This document shows positions 61,147-64,000 of a stretch of DNA of 64,000 bases, one piece after another. A program made the translations under genes and the position numbers. A model generated the notes under the pieces. That model made no database searches and had not been told where the DNA came from. It saw nothing but the letters and a program-made list of their open reading frames with translations. The stretch's first letter is position 1; every line of letters starts with the position of its first letter. Source of the stretch: Oopsacas minuta (Eukaryota; Animalia; Porifera); the NCBI GenBank assembly GCA_024704765.1, contig JAKMXF010000327.1, positions 265,360 to 329,359 on the forward strand, given 5' to 3'.

Positions 61147-62589
61147 TTAATCCGCTCCCAGACCGAAATGATGTGCTAAACCTTGCAAGAACTCCATCTT
61201 AGTATGATTTAGTGAATAATATTCTCCAACTAGAGTCCTCAACGCTTGTTCACTCTGTTGGGACCTCCTCCGCTTGGTTGGCGGCTTCCCAGCAAGGTAG
61301 TTAGTCTGCCGCACCTCCACTAGGCCCTGCTCACGCTTGAGGGCTAGGAGGAACTTCCATGTGGTGGGGTGATGGCAGCCGACAGTGGCATTAAAGCTGC
61401 GGTGCCATGCCTCTACGGCGTTGGTTGTATGGGGGAGTCCGAAGGGCGTGCTGAAGTGGTAGTTCCACAGGTCAATGGGGAACGTCGCCGCTACATGGTA
61501 TCCACTGGCTAGCGTGCGACCGATATACGTCCTCTCAAAGTAGTCGACTAGCTCGCCTATCTCAGACGTAAGGGGGAGGTCCATTGACACTTGCTCAAAC
61601 AGATCGGGTACGTCTGCTGGTCGGGCGAATGCAAGGGCTGGTATCTTCCGGATGCGCATGGCCAGCTCTTCGTCATGTGTGTAGTCAGACTGCAGCCCTA
61701 CAGACTGCACATGGCGCCAGATATTCTGTGTGAGGTGGAAGAAGCAGCACTTCACCACTGTGTTAGGCCACACATGCTCAAAGCTGTTAATCGCGCCCTT
61801 CTCAAAGTCCAGGAGCATCTGTTCAGGCTGGGCAAGAGGACAGAGTATGCGGATCTGCTCCCACATCCTACGGTAGGTATCCTCTGTCTTGTTGGGCAGT
61901 AGCACGAACAGACTCGGCAACAGATGACCAGTCTTCATAGGATCGTCTCCACCGCGGAGTCCATGCACCACATACACCTGGGCGAAAAGGGCGGGCGCCG
62001 TCTTGAAGGTGCCATCAGCTAGCCAGATCTTGCTTTGCTGTAGCATCCCGAGGTTGCGTTGTGTCCCGAAGATGAGGAATCTATGTGCATCGTCTTCCCC
62101 AGAGTCATAGAGTAGGAACTGTTCCCCCTTGGCTATCCGCTGGTATTCTGCAGGTAGAACCAACTCTGATAGGGCGGTTGGCTGCACTGGAGCTGATAAT
62201 ACACTTGCACGCTGACGCTGTATCGTCCGCTTCAGGCTGTCCAGCTTAGGTAGTTTAGCGGCAGTACCCTCTGATGCTGTTAGCATACCCTCACCGATTA
62301 TCTGGTGTGAGCTATCCTGTGTGTCACGTGCTTTCCTCTTGATGCCGGCCTTTATCTCACAGCAGGCCATAGCCTGCACATCAGGTGCATGTAGATGCTC
62401 ATTCGTACGCTTCACTATCTCCATTCCTTTCGTATGAACCCTTGCTTTACACTCTCCTCTCTGCTCGCACTGCTAATATGTCATTTCTCCAACTCTCCTA
62501 TGCATCAAATATACGTATCCTCCTTTTAACATCTTTTCTCCTCCCTTGTTCGTTCTGACCAGCCTGAAGGAGGGCTGATCATGATCCAT
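61147..62589 (-). pseudogene. FLYWCH-MULE transposase, right-arm copy (~480 codons, one nonsense codon at 62473-62475)
   Basis: The 425-aa ORF extends upstream in frame: MDHDQPSFRLVRTNKGGEKMLKGGYVY..TY*QCEQRGECKARVHT, with TAG at the FLYWCH Trp position. Confidence 0.92.
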
Positions 62590-62728
62590 TGATAAAATGA
62601 AGGTGTTAATTGAAAGAATATAAAAATGTAGCAAATAATATTTAGCTGATGATGCAAGCTGAAATTAATACAATTGCAACATTTAAATAGAACTACAAAG
62701 GTGACTCCATGTTTACTGGCAAACACAC

Positions 62729-62794
62729 AATTAATTTCGCATCTTCTCCATCAAAGGAATTAATTTCGCATCTTCTCCATCAAAAGAATTAATT
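62729..62794 (+). repeat. 29-bp direct tandem duplication in the MULE right arm
   Basis: AATTAATTTCGCATCTTCTCCATCAAA(G/A)G twice, then AATTAATT. Confidence 0.85.
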
Positions 62795-63160
62795 ACTACG
62801 TATGCATTCCTGATATAAATTCATCACCTTTACTATAAATCATCTTACCTCACTCTGCTAACACAGAACTTCTATGTTTAGGTTTGCGATATCAAAACTG
62901 TAACATTACATTCTTCTGAAATCATTCATCCCAAATTAATTGATTATATTTGTAATATTATTTAGCCATTTAAAACCTGTTAAATTATTAACAAAAATTG
63001 ACCAATCAAAAGTGGAGCGAAATGTCGTGGAACGTTTTGTCTGGAACATTTTGTCGCTGGAACATTTTGTCTGGAACATTTTGTCGTGGAACATTTTGTC
63101 GTGGAACGTTTTGTCGGTATCCGGAGTTCCAATGCTTGATAATGAGAACAAGTATCACTA

Positions 63161-64000
63161 CAGGGTGTAACAAAAGTCTTGGCCGGTTGCATTATGGTGG
63201 TTCACATAAAATATTTCAAGGTCACAATATCTAATTATTTACCAATATAATCACCACCTCTTTCTAAAACTAATTTCATTCGATTAGGCATCCCATTCAT
63301 CAGGTTTCGAAGTAAGTTCGGTGAAATCGTCTTCCATGCCGTTTTTAGGTTTGCAATTAGGGCCTGAATCGTGGTGACCTGGCCCATTTCATCCAACCGT
63401 TCATATAAAATACCCCAAAGATTTTCAATCGGATTCAAGTCGGGGGAGCTAGCTGGCCACTCCCCTTTCTTCCAAACCGAGGGAACTTCTCTGAACACCA
63501 CTGCTGCGTGACATTGGCCGTATGTGCGGGGGCACCATCCTGCATGAACAGAAATTCTGACATGTTTTCCAACATCGACCTCTCAATAACGGACCCCTTT
63601 TTAGCTTTACGAGCGATCGCATCCAGACAGGTTTTCTTCAATATTTCGTTCCTATAGTAGGCTCCATTGACGGTCTGTTTTGGGGTACAATGTGCAGTTC
63701 TGACAGCGCTCTGTGTGACATCATTCCCCAGACCATAATTTTCGCTGGGAATTTGACCTGAAAAATAGGCTCAATATTTTGTGAACCAATTGCCCATACT
63801 CGATCATTCTGTCTGTTTGGCGAATGAAATAACTCAAAGGGTGATTCATCAGACCAGAACACCTTATTCCAATCTTCGAAAGACCAATTCTCATGATCCC
63901 GAGCGAATTTCAATCGATTTTCCTTGATTTTTTGTGTAATTTTGGCCATTTGGGACGTTTATAGGGTCTGGCATCAAGCCTTTGTGCTAAGTGCCGCTGA
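63161..64000 (-). mobile_element. Tc1-like DD37E (TRT) element 2, running off the window end
   Basis: TA+CAGGGTGTAACAAAAGT terminus; FWSDESPF, FMQDGAPAH-x-WPASSPDLNPIEN (37 spacing); frameshifts. Confidence 0.9.

Larger units (their letters stand above)
56117..63123. mobile_element. Mutator/MULE element B: palindromic, with two convergent transposase copies
   Basis: 9-bp TSD GAGTTCCAA (56108-56116, 63124-63132); ~160-bp TIRs of CGACAAAATGTTCCA subrepeats (56123-56283 / 62958-63117). Confidence 0.9.

Noticed and set aside
54499-64000. Larger inverted duplication including both DD37E elements around MULE B
   Set aside because: The two DD37E elements are different, diverged families, and the MULE TSD and flanks are direct and continuous, so the symmetry is coincidental.
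1-64000. Alternative genetic code explaining the many in-frame stops
   Set aside because: PSMA1 and the 621-aa hAT are open under the standard code; stops of all three types co-occur with frameshifts in the decayed TEs.
1-64000. tRNA, rRNA or other structured RNA genes
   Set aside because: No cloverleaf or rRNA-like segments were recognised; the hairpins found all belong to TE termini.

Overview
AT-rich eukaryotic DNA, probably animal (inferred from the transposon repertoire and 63-71 bp GT-AG introns; I cannot assign a species). The window is almost entirely nested DNA transposons: mariner/Tc1 (DD34D, DD34E, DD37D, DD37E), several hAT lineages, Mutator/MULE, Merlin, P/THAP, PIF/Harbinger, Chapaev-like and Ginger-like elements, plus one LINE fragment and MITEs. 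Only one clear host gene is present, an intact intronless proteasome alpha-1 subunit (40542-41312, minus). Most elements can be delimited by TIRs and target-site duplications (TSDs) read directly from the sequence. Highlights: (1) a decayed cluster at 49-54 kb, where a Ginger-type integrase followed by a USP-like cysteine peptidase lies head-to-head with a spliced gene joining an NRF1/ewg-like DNA-binding domain to a Ulp1-like peptidase, with ~57-bp repeats on both sides of the integrase; (2) a 7-kb 'double-headed' MULE whose two arms each carry a transposase, converging on a palindromic apex that was hit by a hAT; (3) a ~1.3-kb mariner inflated to 11.3 kb by nested insertions; (4) Merlin elements with ~300-580 bp TIRs sharing a conserved core. 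All family and domain calls come from motif recognition by eye, not from database searches.
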